A stretch of DNA of 63,410 nt, counting the filler, from Folioceros fuciformis (Eukaryota), in NCBI GenBank assembly GCA_049999805.1. It is 24 parts of 24 records of this genome, joined end to end, with 100 filler letters (N's around TTAATTAATTAA, not from the genome) between each part and the next. Parts side by side here need not be neighbours in the genome. Positions count along the whole stretch, not along the records: positions 1 to 1,522 come from JBNGIO010000601.1; positions 1,623 to 3,612 come from JBNGIO010000602.1; positions 3,713 to 6,472 come from JBNGIO010000603.1; positions 6,573 to 8,019 come from JBNGIO010000604.1; positions 8,120 to 11,234 come from JBNGIO010000605.1; positions 11,335 to 12,553 come from JBNGIO010000606.1; 18 more parts are not named here. One strand, given 5' to 3'. A program made the position numbers and the translations under genes. The number at the start of each line of letters is the position of its first letter. The stretch's first letter is position 1. The notes below the pieces were generated by a model. It was not told the DNA's origin and ran no database searches. It worked only from the letters and a program-made list of their open reading frames with translations. Shown one piece after another: positions 1 through 12,653 of the stretch.

Positions 1-1522
1 CTTGTCTTCCTAAGATGTGACCTCCTCCACACCCACCACCACCACAGCCACCGCCGATAGCACCGCATCCTCCACCACAACCACCGCCGGAACCTCCACA
101 ACCTCCTCCACTGTACCACACTTGGGGGGCAAACAACCACCACTGCTTGAATAGTACCCCAGTGGCCATAAGATCTTCTCTGCGTGTGTAAGCATAGTTG
201 AGTCTGGGATCCCGGAACCCTCCATTCACGGTCACAGCTCCTCCAACCGTTGTGTCCACAGTTCAGATCATCACAAGCCGGAAGCACAAGGTTCACGAAT
301 CGGACAATTCAGGCCAAAGTCCAAGAGCTCTACCCCACTGGTTGTCAATGGACTGTTTTCGGTGGTTTTTCCAATCTTGTTTTAGAAATCGCTGCGGATG
401 CATGTCAAACAGAGATGTGCTGATTGCTGTGGAAAGCAGCAACACCAGCACCACATTCTCATCCGGCTGGATCTGCACGACCAGTGCAAGGCTCGTTTAC
501 GTACTACATTTCGGTGTGGGCAATCTAGTACTTGGCCAGAAAAGAAACAGGAGGGCACTGGTACCTCCATAGTCCCAGACTTCCAGTGGAAGAGAGCAGT
601 AGCCTTGCCATGAGGGTGTTCAGCACTGTAACGAATGAAGGTCACAAAGCCTTCTTCGTCTGACGGTTTCGCACCCTCAATCTCATACTCTGCAGCTTTC
701 TTCCTGGCAACAAGATGTCCTGAATCACACATCTCACCATTATTCCTGAGTCTCATAGTTTCTCTGCAGCAGATCTAAGACGAAGTTGCAATGGAAGAAT
801 GAAACGTCAGAGTTTTACGGCGCTCCCACATCACACCAGAAACCATCAGAGAAGAGAGCAGCTTACCGGCTCACCGACGAGGCCCGTGAGTTCAAGTTTG
901 GGAACGATGGCATCAAATACACCGCTTTCAGGCATTGTTATTTGGAGGCGTGCGTTGGTGGTGCCACGTAAGGACCAGCTTCTTCGGTATTTGCGGGTCT
1001 CCACTGGGGCCAAGTCGTGCTCCGCAGAGCCAGCAATCTCCTCTACATCACAACGAGAGAAAGGTCAAGACCCACCACAGGTTCTGCTTGCTGCCTTTCT
1101 TGAGGCAACTACGAGATGGCAATATCAGTCAAGAGATCTCCGCTCACTTGGGGCTTTACTACAGGTATTGTAACGCATCTCCCGCATTATAGACTTGTTT
1201 CATGCCCCCTTGTGTACATGAATCACCCTTCTCCAATCTTGAACAGGGACAGGATTCTCTCTTGGCCATCTTGCGGCAGCTCCTGTTGCAGCCCTAAAGA
1301 ATTTATTGTATCACACACAATGGGTCTTCTTTAGCATTCAGATGACAGACCAAGCCTTTTAAACACAGCTGTTGATAGCCGAAAACTTACAAGATTCGTA
1401 GAGCATACACCTCGGCGTTAGAATGATCGAGTACGGTTCTGGATATCCACCGACCCTTCTGAGGAATTCCTGACGATGGATGGCCGGAAATGACTGTCAG
1501 CCCATTATCATCGGTAGCGTGC
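1..1522 (-). CDS. GRDP: Glycine-rich domain-containing protein (DUF1399/GRDP-like), 3' part, multi-exon, with one in-frame TGA (possible pseudogene)
   Basis: Minus-strand exons read TDDNG...PQKGRWISRTVLDHSNAEVYALRI (ends at a GTAAGT donor, 1390), EEGFVTFIRYSAEHPHGKATALFHWKSGTME, IQPDENVVLVLLLS and a terminal GGGCGGSGGGCGGGC tract. These match the C-terminal half of plant GRDP1/2 proteins as recalled. Confidence 0.8.
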
Positions 1523-1622
1523 NNNNNNNNNNNNNNNNNNNNNNNNNNNNNNNNNNNNNNNNNNNNTTAATTAATTAANNNNNNNNNNNNNNNNNNNNNN
1601 NNNNNNNNNNNNNNNNNNNNNN
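1523..1622. other. Artificial contig spacer (N44-TTAATTAATTAA-N44), first of 23
   Basis: The same 100-nt spacer, with stops in all six frames, recurs at 3613, 6473, 8020, 11235, 12554, 23727, 27348, 28623, 30976, 33652, 35028, 36252, 37355, 38849, 40294, 43601, 45045, 46213, 53856, 55360, 60346 and 62158. Confidence 0.99.
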
Positions 1623-1726
1623 GCTGCAACCCCTGCCTCTAGCTCTAGCTAGGGCATGGCCTCCATGGCCGTTCATGCCAGCCAAGCAATCAGCCAGCCT
1701 ATCGTCAGACCCTGACCCCTGACACT

Positions 1727-2107
1727 GACATACCCAGATACCCGTTCCTATGTTCAAACCATTATTATATTATTTTAATATTATTATATTATTTTAATAT
1801 TATTAGATTATTATTTAATCATTTAATATTATATATCTTTAATTAATATTAAACTAATCACCCAACCCTATGGCCTGGTGCCGAACCTAAACCTTCCCAG
1901 GTCTGGGACCAAACCTATACCCACTCTTATAACCAAGCTAATTATTTCCTAGTCAATTAACCCAATTAGCACAAAGAAAAATAGGAAAAATGACCACAAA
2001 ATCAAGGAAAATTAGGGAAAATAAGTTGAAAAAGAAAACCAAACCATACCACTATTAACCCTTTTTCAACCAAAACAAACTACTACCCCAAACTTTGGAG
2101 GTTCACA
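1727..2107 (+). repeat. Dispersed AT-rich repeat (probably TE non-coding region), second copy at 33752-34143
   Basis: GACATACCC...CCCGTTCCTATGTTCA...ACCCTTTTTCAACCAAAACAAACTACTACCCCAAACTTTGGAGGTTCACA is collinear in both places. Confidence 0.85.
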
Positions 2108-3612
2108 GGATAGTACTGCAAGCTAGCATTTCCCTCATTGACCACTTGTCTAATAAAGTGATGCTTTATGTCTATATGTTTTGTGCGAGCATGCATCACT
2201 GGGTTACGGGCTAACGCTATTGCAGACTGATTGTCGCAGAGGAGCAGTGTCGGTGCTGTTTGATCTTCACCAAGCGATGATAGTAGCGCCCTTGTGTACA
2301 CAATGTCATGTGCGGCAATTGCAGTCGCAGCATATTCCGCCTCTGTCGATGAGAGGGCTACCACATGCTGTTTCTTACCATACCAAGATATGATAGTTGA
2401 GTTGTATTCGTCCTTTCCCAGCATTAGGCAATTGGCTGAGATTGACTTTCTTGTGTCACTGTCTGCAGCCCAATCCGCATCTGAAAAACAAGTAAGTGTG
2501 AGCCTCTCGGGTCTTTTTTTATACAGCAACCCATGCGTTGGTGTTCCCTTCAAATACCGCATAATTCTTTGAACAGCTGCCCAATGAGGGCGTCCATAAT
2601 TTGTGAGGAATTGTGCAGTAGCTCCCACTGCTTGAGACAGCTCAGGACTGGTCCAGTTCCGGCAATATATGAGCGTGCATACAGCTGGTCTGTAAGGAAC
2701 CAGTTCCATTTCTTGTCTTTCTGCCTCCGACTTCGGGCACTGTTCCAGAGTGAGTTTTTCTCCCACTGCAAGTGGTGTTGCTGCAGGTTTGCAGCCTAAC
2801 ATTCTGAACCTTATCAAGACTTGTCTAATGAATTGACTCTGATGTATGAACACCGTATGCATTGACAGGTCCTGGACTATCTGTACTCCAAGAAAGTATG
2901 TGAGCTGGCCCACATTCGTCATGCTAAACTCTGAAGTAAGAATTCCCTTCACTTTGTCCATAAGCGCAGGGCTACTAGCGATGATCATTGCATCATCTAC
3001 ATAGAGCGCTAGGTACACCACCCCATTCTTGTCATACAGGACATATACATTGCTGTCAGAATCACTCTGGACAAACCCCGAGTCCTTCAGGTATTTGTCT
3101 ATATGCTTATACCAAGCCCTTGGAGACTGCTTCAAGCCGTATATAGTCTTTATAAGTCTGCATACCTTTTGTGGGTATTGTTTGTCCTCGAAACCCTTAG
3201 GTTGCCGCATGTAAATAGTTTCCTCCAAGTTGCCATTTAAGAATGCCGTCTTGACATCCATGTGGTGCATTTTGTAGTCATGTTGAGCAACTATGGCTAA
3301 CAAGGTTCTAACTGAGGTTGCTCTTACTACAAGTGAGAACGTCTCAGTGTAGTCCAAGCCTTCTACTTGGCTATATCCTCTAGCAACAAGACGTGCCTTA
3401 TACCGAGCGATAGTACCATCCTGGGCTAACTTCTTTTTGAATACCCATTTACATGTGACAGCCTTGCGGCCTGGAGGTAGGTCCACCAGCTCCCATGTTT
3501 TATTGTCTATTAGAGACCGTTATTCAGACTGTATGGCCTCAACCCATTTTGAGGCCTCATGTGAACTGATAGCTTCTTTATATGATTGTGGCTCACTTAG
3601 ATCCACAGGTTC
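2083..3612 (-). mobile_element. Ty1/copia reverse transcriptase + RNase H, truncated at both ends
   Basis: CKWVFKKK, YKARLVARGYSQVEGLDY, MDVKTAFLNG, LYVDD, FSDADWA, SSTEAEY, CDNQSAI, RTKHIDIKHHFIR. Confidence 0.97.
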
Positions 3613-4629
3613 NNNNNNNNNNNNNNNNNNNNNNNNNNNNNNNNNNNNNNNNNNNNTTAATTAATTAANNNNNNNNNNNNNNNNNNNNNNNNNNNNNNNN
3701 NNNNNNNNNNNNGTGGTCGAGTCTCAAGGAGGTTCTAGAACCCCTTTAGGGCAGTATGGGGGAGCTGTTTCGGCTCAAAAAGTGATGTGCGTAGAAGGAA
3801 ATAAAGCAGCATGGGTATGCGAGGAGTGCAGGAAAAACGCAGCGGGACTCTCCACTGGATGATGTGAATGTGCAAGGTTTGCCACATGTTTTACGGTGGG
3901 CAAGGTCTTTAACACTGCAGGTCTCCGAGTTGTTCAGGAGGGTTTGTTCCTGAACAACTGTACGCGTGAGCTCAGAGACTTTGGGCTTTCGCAGTGGTGA
4001 TCAACAATGAACAACTGTTCGAGCAACACCTGCGATGACCAACAATCAACAACTGTTCCAGCAACACCTGCAAGCCCTTTTTCGACAGACCTGCAACATT
4101 CACTTTACGAATTCCCATTCCACATCAAAAGCATCGTCAAATCAGGTAGAAGGTCACGGCCACTACCTCCCCACCACTAAGAGGTCAATCTTTCACTACC
4201 CAACCAGCAAGCCGAAATTAAACTCTGACCACAGCCTTGAATCCGTCTCCTCACTGAGCCTATCCATCAGCTTGCCTGCAAGCTAGATATTCGCCGGCAC
4301 CACTTCTCTACTAGATTAAGAAAACTGAACTTGCGCCACTTCAGTGCAAATCGGTTGGATTGGCAATGGCTGCACAAGGAAGTGACATAGCACCATCGAC
4401 ACTGCTGAGCAACCCGAAAGCCACTAGTATCCTGATCATCAGCACGTCCGCGCAAGTCATCCTCCTTTCCCTACCGTCGTGCTGGCTTCCAGCAGCAGCT
4501 CGGTGTGCAGGACCTGGCCTTGTCGAATCTTGGCACCGCTGTCACTTTCTATGTTCACCAGTGTTTGCACCTCATCCATTCCGTCTTGTTGTCGCTTTTC
4601 CCTTTGCCTCCTGCACCATTAGGACGAGG

Positions 4630-5478
4630 ATTGCCTTGATACCTGGGTATGGTTCTTGTGATGAAGGTGGTAAGGCGTAGCGCGTTTTGAGGAAATGTTA
4701 ATTGCCGCCGGTATTCATGCTCATGATGCTACTTTTACTAGCCTTTGAGCGGCATGAAGTCACGTGGGACTGGTGCGCGAGGGTCGCAAGCACTTTGGTT
4801 CCATGGCTGAACAGCATGAATTTAAGCCAAGCCTACTCTTGCGCATTGCAAATTGTTGCATAATTGATCTTCTTGGTGGCGCACGCCATTTAGATGAGGC
4901 TGAGAGGATGCTGTTGTGTCACGTGAGGACCAAAGTACTGTAATGTGGTGGGCTTGATGACTAGTTTGGTGAATGGCTGCAAAAATGACGGGGTTACAGA
5001 GAGGGCTGTGTAGTGTTTTGAAAAAATCCTTTGGCGGGACGCTCAAAGTGCGTATGTGCCCACGGCTAATGCCTACGCAGCTGCACATGCAGGTAGGTGG
5101 AGCGACGTAGACAGGATTGAAACACAGAGAACGGTAGCGGCAGCAGGAGCTCACAAGACCTGCAGTCGCTACCTTTGAGGTGAATAAGCAGGTACACTGG
5201 TTTTGTGGTGGGAGAAAGAGAGAGGAGAGCCTGAGAGGAGAGGAGATGGCGCGCAAGACAGAGAGCACCAATTCGCGAGCTCGGCCTGAAGCATGAAGGA
5301 GGCCAACTTGGAAGTTCGCTCCGGTGGCGACCAGGAATTTACGCATGTGCAGTGACTGCCACCATCCCACAGAGACTGGGTCGAGAAACGAACAGAGAGA
5401 GATTATTTTTGTGAACGATGGGTACCGTCTGCATCGATTGGCGGCTGGTAGTTGCAGTGGTAAGGGTCAACCGCGTGA
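4630..5478 (+). pseudogene. PLS-PPR E/DYW:KP (GRP-type) RNA-editing factor pseudogene, 3' part
   Basis: Frameshifted pieces ALIPGYG, SHVGLVREGRKHF, CIIDLLG..HLDEAERML, ANAYAA..GRW, K-PAVATFEVNKQVH (KPAxA), RNLRMCSDCH and DGYRLHRLAAGSCSGKGQP. The HxE segment is missing. Confidence 0.85.
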
Positions 5479-6240
5479 AACAATCAAGAAGTGGCCAAAG
5501 TGAGTGCTCAAGAGTGGTGGACGACAGAGACCATAATGATTGCTTCTGCCTTGGGTTGTATGTGCCTGCTGAAGTCCATCCATCCCTGTTCAAGCTGAGG
5601 CATGGCTCCTCAACCCAGCTCCAGCTCTATCTCACATCAGGGAGTCAAATTCAAATCCCTGGCGAGCAAGGCCTCCAACTGCAGCCCGAACTTACTTCCC
5701 ATTCGCAGGCGGCGAAGCAAGGAGAAGCACAAGTTTGTCAACTGAAGGGAACAACGACGTCAGGAACGTGCCTACCAGCACTGCCTAGCCAAGTTGTTCA
5801 GAAGAAGCATAGGCACATCAATAAAGGGTATGCACCGGGACTAGCTTGCCATGCTAACTACCTCTTTCAATCGCTTAGCTGTTTTGATTGACTACAACTA
5901 ATGTAGGATAACAGTGTCAGCATACAGAAAGTTTCCGGCGTCAAGCAAAAGCTGATGGCAGAGGCGGGAGAATCATGCTGACAACGTTGATGGTATCACC
6001 CTTTCCCTGCCAGCCTCAATGTCGATCAGGTCGTATTAATCCAAACAAGCACCACAAGCAGCAGCATCTGCCTACATCAGGGCAGACAAGTTTGTGTCTC
6101 CACCGCTGAGGAGCCGCTGCAACGTGTATGGCCATTCAAAGTCAGGCTATAGCCCACATGATTTCAGGGATATCGGTTCACCTCAGGAACGTTTACCGAG
6201 CAACCCTCTCCTTTGACACACCCATACTCATACTCGTAAT

Positions 6241-6430
6241 GACCCTCACCAAACCACATCGCTCACCAACCGAGCAACCATTGGCGCCTTTCATACACCT
6301 ACACTTGTGAAGACCTTCACCAAGCCACTGGGCTCACCAACCAAGCAACCATCGGCGCCTTTCATAGACCTACTCTTGTAAAACACCCTCACCAAGCAAC
6401 TGCGCTCACCAACCACGCAACAATCGGCGG
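6241..6430 (+). repeat. Tandem repeat, about 71-bp unit, about 2.7 copies
   Basis: GACCYTCACCAARCCAC..GCTCACCAACC..GCAACCATYGGCGCCTTTCATA..CCTAC repeated. Confidence 0.85.
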
Positions 6431-7458
6431 TAGTAGGGCGTGCAAGGTGGTGTCCCTGAAGCCGCGTCGAGTNNNNNNNNNNNNNNNNNNNNNNNNNNNN
6501 NNNNNNNNNNNNNNNNTTAATTAATTAANNNNNNNNNNNNNNNNNNNNNNNNNNNNNNNNNNNNNNNNNNNNCTTCAAGTCTGCGTACTGCTGCAATCCA
6601 TTTCGCTCCATTGCGTCCAAATAGTACCATGGATGACAGCATGCAGCTCCTGCGAGGAGGCGGAACTATGTGCATGATAACAAGGGGCGCTTCGCCTCAA
6701 CATCAGCTCGGACACCTGTCAGCGGTGGTAACTGCGTTGTAGAGCAAGCTACTCGGCGTCCAAGGGGCCGTCCTCCGGGTAGCGGGAGGAGCCGAGGTGC
6801 AGCTCGTGGTAGGGCTTCTGCTCCTGCTGCTGACATGCCGGGACCATCACGGCGGGTGGCATCTTCTTCAAGACCGCCCGTAGGCTCCTGCAGTGAAGTG
6901 GAGTGCGAATGATTCCCAACATCAGCCCAGCAAGCCATTCATGTTCCCTGAGACTAACGACTACCTGGAAGAGACAAAGATCGTAGCTGTGAGTAGCATG
7001 CTCAATCCAGGTACGCCTATTTGGTATCGCTGCTGTTTTAGCCGCTTGGTGATGAAGCACGTGAAGCAAAGAATTTCCCGACCACATGATCAGCTACTAT
7101 CGTGAGTCACGTCCTCGTTTACATCTGTGTGTGAAGCCTGCCATCTTTGCAGACTCCTGTGTGCCTTTCTCCCACTGTTTCTAACATAGTTGTGCTGTTG
7201 TCTCCAGGTTCTGAGCTCAGGCTGCAAGAAGAAGTCCGCCTTGTCTCTCTCCAGAAAGGATCTCATATGAGGAGAGACGTAGACGTAACAACCCACGCTC
7301 GGATGAGAGTTTCACCACCTGCAGCGAACTGGAGATTGAGTTTTCCAGCTCGAGCAGTGATGCTGGCAATTCTCCCAGAACTCTTGATTCGCGTCAGGAG
7401 GAAGACAGTAACAATTTCAGCTCGCATTACAACTAGGATTAGACATAGCATTTGCTTT

Positions 7459-8019
7459 TCAGACTTGTTGTGGCTGGAGGAGGTCCTCTGACTTCCCTAG
7501 GCCCAGCCTCTTGACATGTTTATGGTGCAGATCTCTTCCTAAAGCTTTGGTAAGGATGTCTGCTGGGTTTTCTGCTGTTGGTACATATTCCAGAACAATT
7601 TTGCCTGCCTGAACGAGCTCTCTGATGAAGTGGTACTCCACTTCTATGTGTTTAGTCCTTGAGTGAAAGATCGGATTTTTAGCTAAGTTCATTGAGCCTT
7701 GGCTGTCAGTGTTTATGATTGTCCAGGTGGGCAGATCAATCCCTATCTCCTTGAACAGCAGCTTAAGCCATGTAACTTCCTTTGCAGCTGCTGTCAACAC
7801 TCAATACTCTGCTTCTGTGCTGGATGTCGCTACTGTGGGCTGCTTCTTACTGCTCCAACAGAAAGGACCACCAGCAAAGCTCACCACATATCCTGACACA
7901 GACCTCCTAGAGTCCACATCCCCAGCATAATCTGAGTTTGTAAAAACCTCTAGGTCAAGAGCTTCACTGCTAGCTGGTATTTGAGTCCAACATCGAATGT
8001 TCCTTTCAAGTATCTGAAG
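7459..8019 (-). mobile_element. Ty1/copia RNase H fragment
   Basis: YLKGT, DYAGDVDSRRSVSGY, AAAKEVTWL, TDSQGSMNLAKNPIFHSRTKHIEVEYHFIRE, NPADILTK. Confidence 0.95.
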
Positions 8020-9223
8020 NNNNNNNNNNNNNNNNNNNNNNNNNNNNNNNNNNNNNNNNNNNNTTAATTAATTAANNNNNNNNNNNNNNNNNNNNNNNNN
8101 NNNNNNNNNNNNNNNNNNNGTTCCTGGCCAAGGGGGTATAAGAGGCCAGACTTGTCATTGAGGGAGGGGGTCTTTTTGGTGAGAGCTCCCTTGACCTTAT
8201 GTGCAGGCTGTTGGGTTAGAGTTTTAACCCAATGTGCAGATGTGCCTCGGTCTTGATTCCCCATGCCACTAGGGGAACGTGGCGGCTCCCAAAATCGTCG
8301 AGATCTGGGTGGCCAGATCCGCAGGGGCTGATCTCCCTTGCATGCTGTTTGGGTTGTTGGGATACCTTGACGTCCCTAAGGGGTTTCCAAAGCGACGGAC
8401 TGCAGGGCTGTGGGCCGAGGGGGCCCCCCAGCCTGGGTCTGCACATCCCTGCCTCAAGGGTTGCAAGTGAAGGGCTGCTGTGTTTGAAATCCAGGGGTGA
8501 GACGTGGTGGTGAAGGACTGAAGTGTTGGAGTGCTGGAGTAGAGAGCCGTTGTGTTGGTTGGGGAGCTTAGGTGCTAAATATCTCAATCAGCTGCTGAGG
8601 TCACTGGCACTTAGGGCTGAGAGTGGAGGTCGAGGCCAAGGCTAGAACCTCCTCTCAGCTGCTGAGGCGGCTAAGCTAAGAGTGGGGGCTGAAGATGATG
8701 CTGAGCCCTCGTTCAGCTGAGGTGGTAGTTGGTATTGAAGATAAGGTTCTGATCTTTTTGCTGTAGTGTGGTTAGGTCTAGGGGCCGGTTGATAGTTAGG
8801 ATCAGATTAGGGCAGAGTGGGGGAAGTTGTAGGAAACCTTGACACAGGTTCACTCCCTTGGGAGCAAATCCTAGTACTACGACGATAACAAGGGGGAAGT
8901 GTGGCCCTTGGTGGTTCTTGGGTGCAAGTTCCACTCCACATTTCCACTGATGGAGTGTGAGATACAGCACCTTTGTGAAGGAGCTGAACATGCTCGGATA
9001 TACAGGGATAATTGGCGGCACCCCTGAAGCTAGCGACACCTAAGACCCTTGCCCGCCTGAGAGAGATAAACCTCAACTGTGAAAACTTTCTTTTCTTTGT
9101 TGTAGAGGGCAACTCACAACTTCATGTGCAGGTTGCTTCATCCACTGAGCTATCCTCTTGTTTTGTGTGTTGGACAGGATGGTCAGTCTTGTAATAAGCC
9201 AAGTTCAGCTGCTCCCTGTCACC

Positions 9224-11234
9224 CTATCTTGTACTTCCTTGTATAGGCATAATAAACACTCTTAAGCCCATAGTGGCAAGGTGCTTGTAGTGCTTGACCT
9301 TAGCAAGCCCTTTAGTCAACAAGTCTGCTGTATTTTCATCTGTATGTACATGCTCCACCTTAGCCACACCTCTCTCCACCACATCTCTAATGTAGTGGTG
9401 ATAGAGCTCTATGTGCTTTGTCCTTGCGTGGAATCGTGGATTAGCCATGAGGGCTATAGCAGACATATTGTCACAGAGCAGTTGAGTTGCAGAGGTCTGT
9501 GTCATAAAGATAGACTCTAAAAACTGTCTCTCCCACTCAAGTTCCTTACAGGCAGCTGTTAGGGCCTTGTATTCAGCCTCCATAGATGATGGTGCTAATG
9601 AAGACTGCTTCTTACATGACCAATTGACTGCACCTAAGGCTAACAAACATACATAGGCAGACAGACTCTTGCGGGTGTTTGTATCTGATGCCCAAGCAGC
9701 ATCAGCTAGGGCAGTCAGCACAAAACTCTTCTTGCCACTAGCAATATAATGCAGGCCTAAGTTGATTGTTCCTTTTAAGTAACGATAGATCCGTTTACCT
9801 ACAGCCCAATGGACTCGACCTAGAGTCTTAATAAACTGAGCTACTATACTAATAAAGAAGCTGATATCTGGTCTAGTCCTGTTGGCCAAGAAAATGAGGC
9901 AGCCAACTGCCTCAGCGTAAGGGACACCAGCCATATAATTTTCTTCATTTACAGACTAAGGAGACATATCAACTATAAGCTTCTCACCCACAACGGAAGG
10001 GATAGTCACGGGACGAGCTTCATCCAGGTGAAATCGTTTTAGTATTTCCTTGAGATACTTTGTCTAGTGGAGGACAATTGTTCCATCCTGCCTGTTTCTA
10101 AGTATCTGGATACCCAAGCAGAACTGAAGAGCACCCTGGTCTGTCATCTCAAACTCGCTCCTCAAAAGATCCTTGACCTTGTCCATCTGTGACATGTTGT
10201 TGCTCAGAAGAATCGCATCGTCGACATACAAGGCCAGAATGACAAAGAGCCTAGACTTAGATAAGTAGAATACATTTGAGTCTGCTGCTGATTGTGAGAA
10301 GCCTGCCTTACACAAGAATTTCATAATTCGTTTGTACCAAGCTCTAGGGCTTTGTTTCAAACCATAGATAGTCTTCAGAAGTTTGCAGACTTTACTAGGC
10401 CATTTCTTACTAACAAACCCTTCTGGTTGGTTCATATAGAGAACCTCTTCAAGTTCTCCATGTAGGAAGGCCATGCAGACATCCATGTGATGGAGCTCAA
10501 GGTCAAACTCAGCAACAAGTGAAAGCAAAATTCCGACAGATGGAGGCTTCACAATAGGTGAGAAAGTATCTTCGTAATCTATACCAAGAATATGTGAGAA
10601 TCCTCTTGCTACCAACCTGCTTTTGTATCTTGCTATAGTTCCATCTAATTTCAGTTTAGTTTTAAATACCCATTTACAAGTAACGGGTTTCCTGCCTGGT
10701 GGCAGATCAGCTAATTCCCAAGTTTGATTTTTGAGAAGACTATTGTACTCATCATTAATAGACACTCGCTAATGGGCCCCATCAAGACCATTCAGTACTT
10801 CATCAAATGTTCAAGGATCAGGTCTGACATCTGGTACATGTAAGTCTGTTACATTGACTGCAGTATGTCTCCTAAAGTCTTCATATTGATAAGGAGGTTC
10901 TTGCCAGAACTCTCGTGGCCTTCTCATTCTTGCAGGGTAGCGAGGAGGAGGATCAGCAACAGCAGTCTCATCATGATCTGACAGCACAACATAACTGTGA
11001 GCTTCACTGTTGTTCGAGTCTTCAAAAGCACCTGGTTGCTCATCATTATCTGAAAAATGACCAACATGGTGATCCCCCTCATAAACAGCAGCATCCACAG
11101 GGTCTGGATCTACAGGAAGTTCACCAGCAGCAAGTACTACATGAGAATCAGTATGTACATTTTGTGGCTGTAAGAGAGCATCAACTGCTACATGGTCTAA
11201 CAGGGTAGGGATATCACCATCTGAATGTGGGTAT
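9224..11234 (-). mobile_element. Ty1/copia RT-RNase H region with internal stops (decayed)
   Basis: KNQTWELADLPPGRKPVTCKWVFK, LYVDD, RTRPDIS, ADAAWASD, RTKHIELYHHYIRD. Confidence 0.96.
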
Positions 11235-11334
11235 NNNNNNNNNNNNNNNNNNNNNNNNNNNNNNNNNNNNNNNNNNNNTTAATTAATTAANNNNNNNNNN
11301 NNNNNNNNNNNNNNNNNNNNNNNNNNNNNNNNNN

Positions 11335-12553
11335 GCCCTTTTCCACTGCTTTGCATCTGACCCTGTAAAGGCTTGTGTCAACATGGCAGGCTCCATAGGA
11401 TCTGTGCTGGCTGCCAACATGGCTTGAACAAATGCACTTGATGCTTGTGCATCTTCTGACATATCTGCAGCACCATTTAAAGACTCCTCTACAGCATGTG
11501 CCCCCACTGAAGTATCGACCGAGGTAGCTGGTGCACTCCCTGATCCACTCTTTGCATTCCTTGTCTTAGACTTGGACTTATTTGGGCGCCAGTCCTCCAT
11601 TTCCAGCGAAGGCTCCTTCCAAGGCCTGCTCCTTTCCCTCAAACTATATCTATGTGTTGATGCATTTGGAACGGATCCATGTACATCTGGAGCATCCTGG
11701 TCAAGCATCTCTACATCAGCATGCTCAAGTACCTCACCTTCACCATCGTCATCTTCAGGAGGAAGGTCATCGTCTTCTGCATTAATTTCAGCAGTGTCGT
11801 CAGCTTGCTCACAAGTCTGGTCAAAGTGCGAGACTACAACATCATCACTTCCATCTTGACTGAATGCACGGTATGGAGCAGCTGCATCCTCTTCCTCAGT
11901 TTCTGTATAGTCATTCATCAGCCCACCAACACTGGTGCCAGTTTCAAGTACAACCGAGCAGGGTGTTTGCATCACACTTCGTTCATCAAAGACAACACTT
12001 CTGGCATGACTCACTGTCCTCGTCACAGGGTCGTACAGCTTGTAGGCTTTGATGCGGTCAGGGTAGCCTATAAACACTAATTTGTTGGCTCTATCCTGCA
12101 GTTTCGTCTTCCTCTTGGGATTCGGAACAAATGCATACGCCGGAGCACCAAAAATATGCAAATGTTGTACAGCTGGCTTCCTTCCCCACCAGGCCTCGAA
12201 TGGTGTTGTGCCAGGTAACATTCGTGTAGGTAGCCGATTCAACAAGTAGTTAGCTGTGTTAATTGCTTCACCCCAGTAAGAGTGTGACAAACGAGCTTGT
12301 TTGAGAAGTGCTCTTGCTTTTTCTTGCAGCAGCTGATTTTTCTTTTCAGCGACACCATTAAGCTGGGCAATGTACAGGACGGTGAGCTGGCGTTGAATGC
12401 CGAGACCACGACAATAATCCTGAAAAGCATTTGAGGTATATTCCCCACCATTGTCGGATCGCAGGCATTTCAAGGATCGTCCATGCTAACGTTCTACCAT
12501 GAGCATATAATCCTTAAATCTCTCCAGAGCCTCACTTTTGTGCCTCAGGATAT
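11335..12553 (-). mobile_element. Ty1/copia integrase core and spacer
   Basis: LRSDNGGEY, NGVAEKKN, YWGEAINTANYLLNRLPT, FIGYP...KAYKLYDP. Confidence 0.96.
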
Positions 12554-12653
12554 NNNNNNNNNNNNNNNNNNNNNNNNNNNNNNNNNNNNNNNNNNNNTTA
12601 ATTAATTAANNNNNNNNNNNNNNNNNNNNNNNNNNNNNNNNNNNNNNNNNNNN

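Noticed and set aside
1567-1578. Recurring TTAATTAATTAA palindrome, and ORFs ending in X-runs or LIN
   Set aside because: Artificial all-frame stop linker inside N spacers. Adjacency across spacers has no biological meaning.
3928-3959. 12-bp perfect hairpin as a Helitron end or terminator
   Set aside because: No CTRR end at the expected distance, no U-tract and no other support.
6241-6430. CRISPR-like appearance of this repeat and of 22247-22525 and 28723-28868
   Set aside because: Units are degenerate tandem copies without unique equal-length spacers; no cas genes; eukaryotic context.
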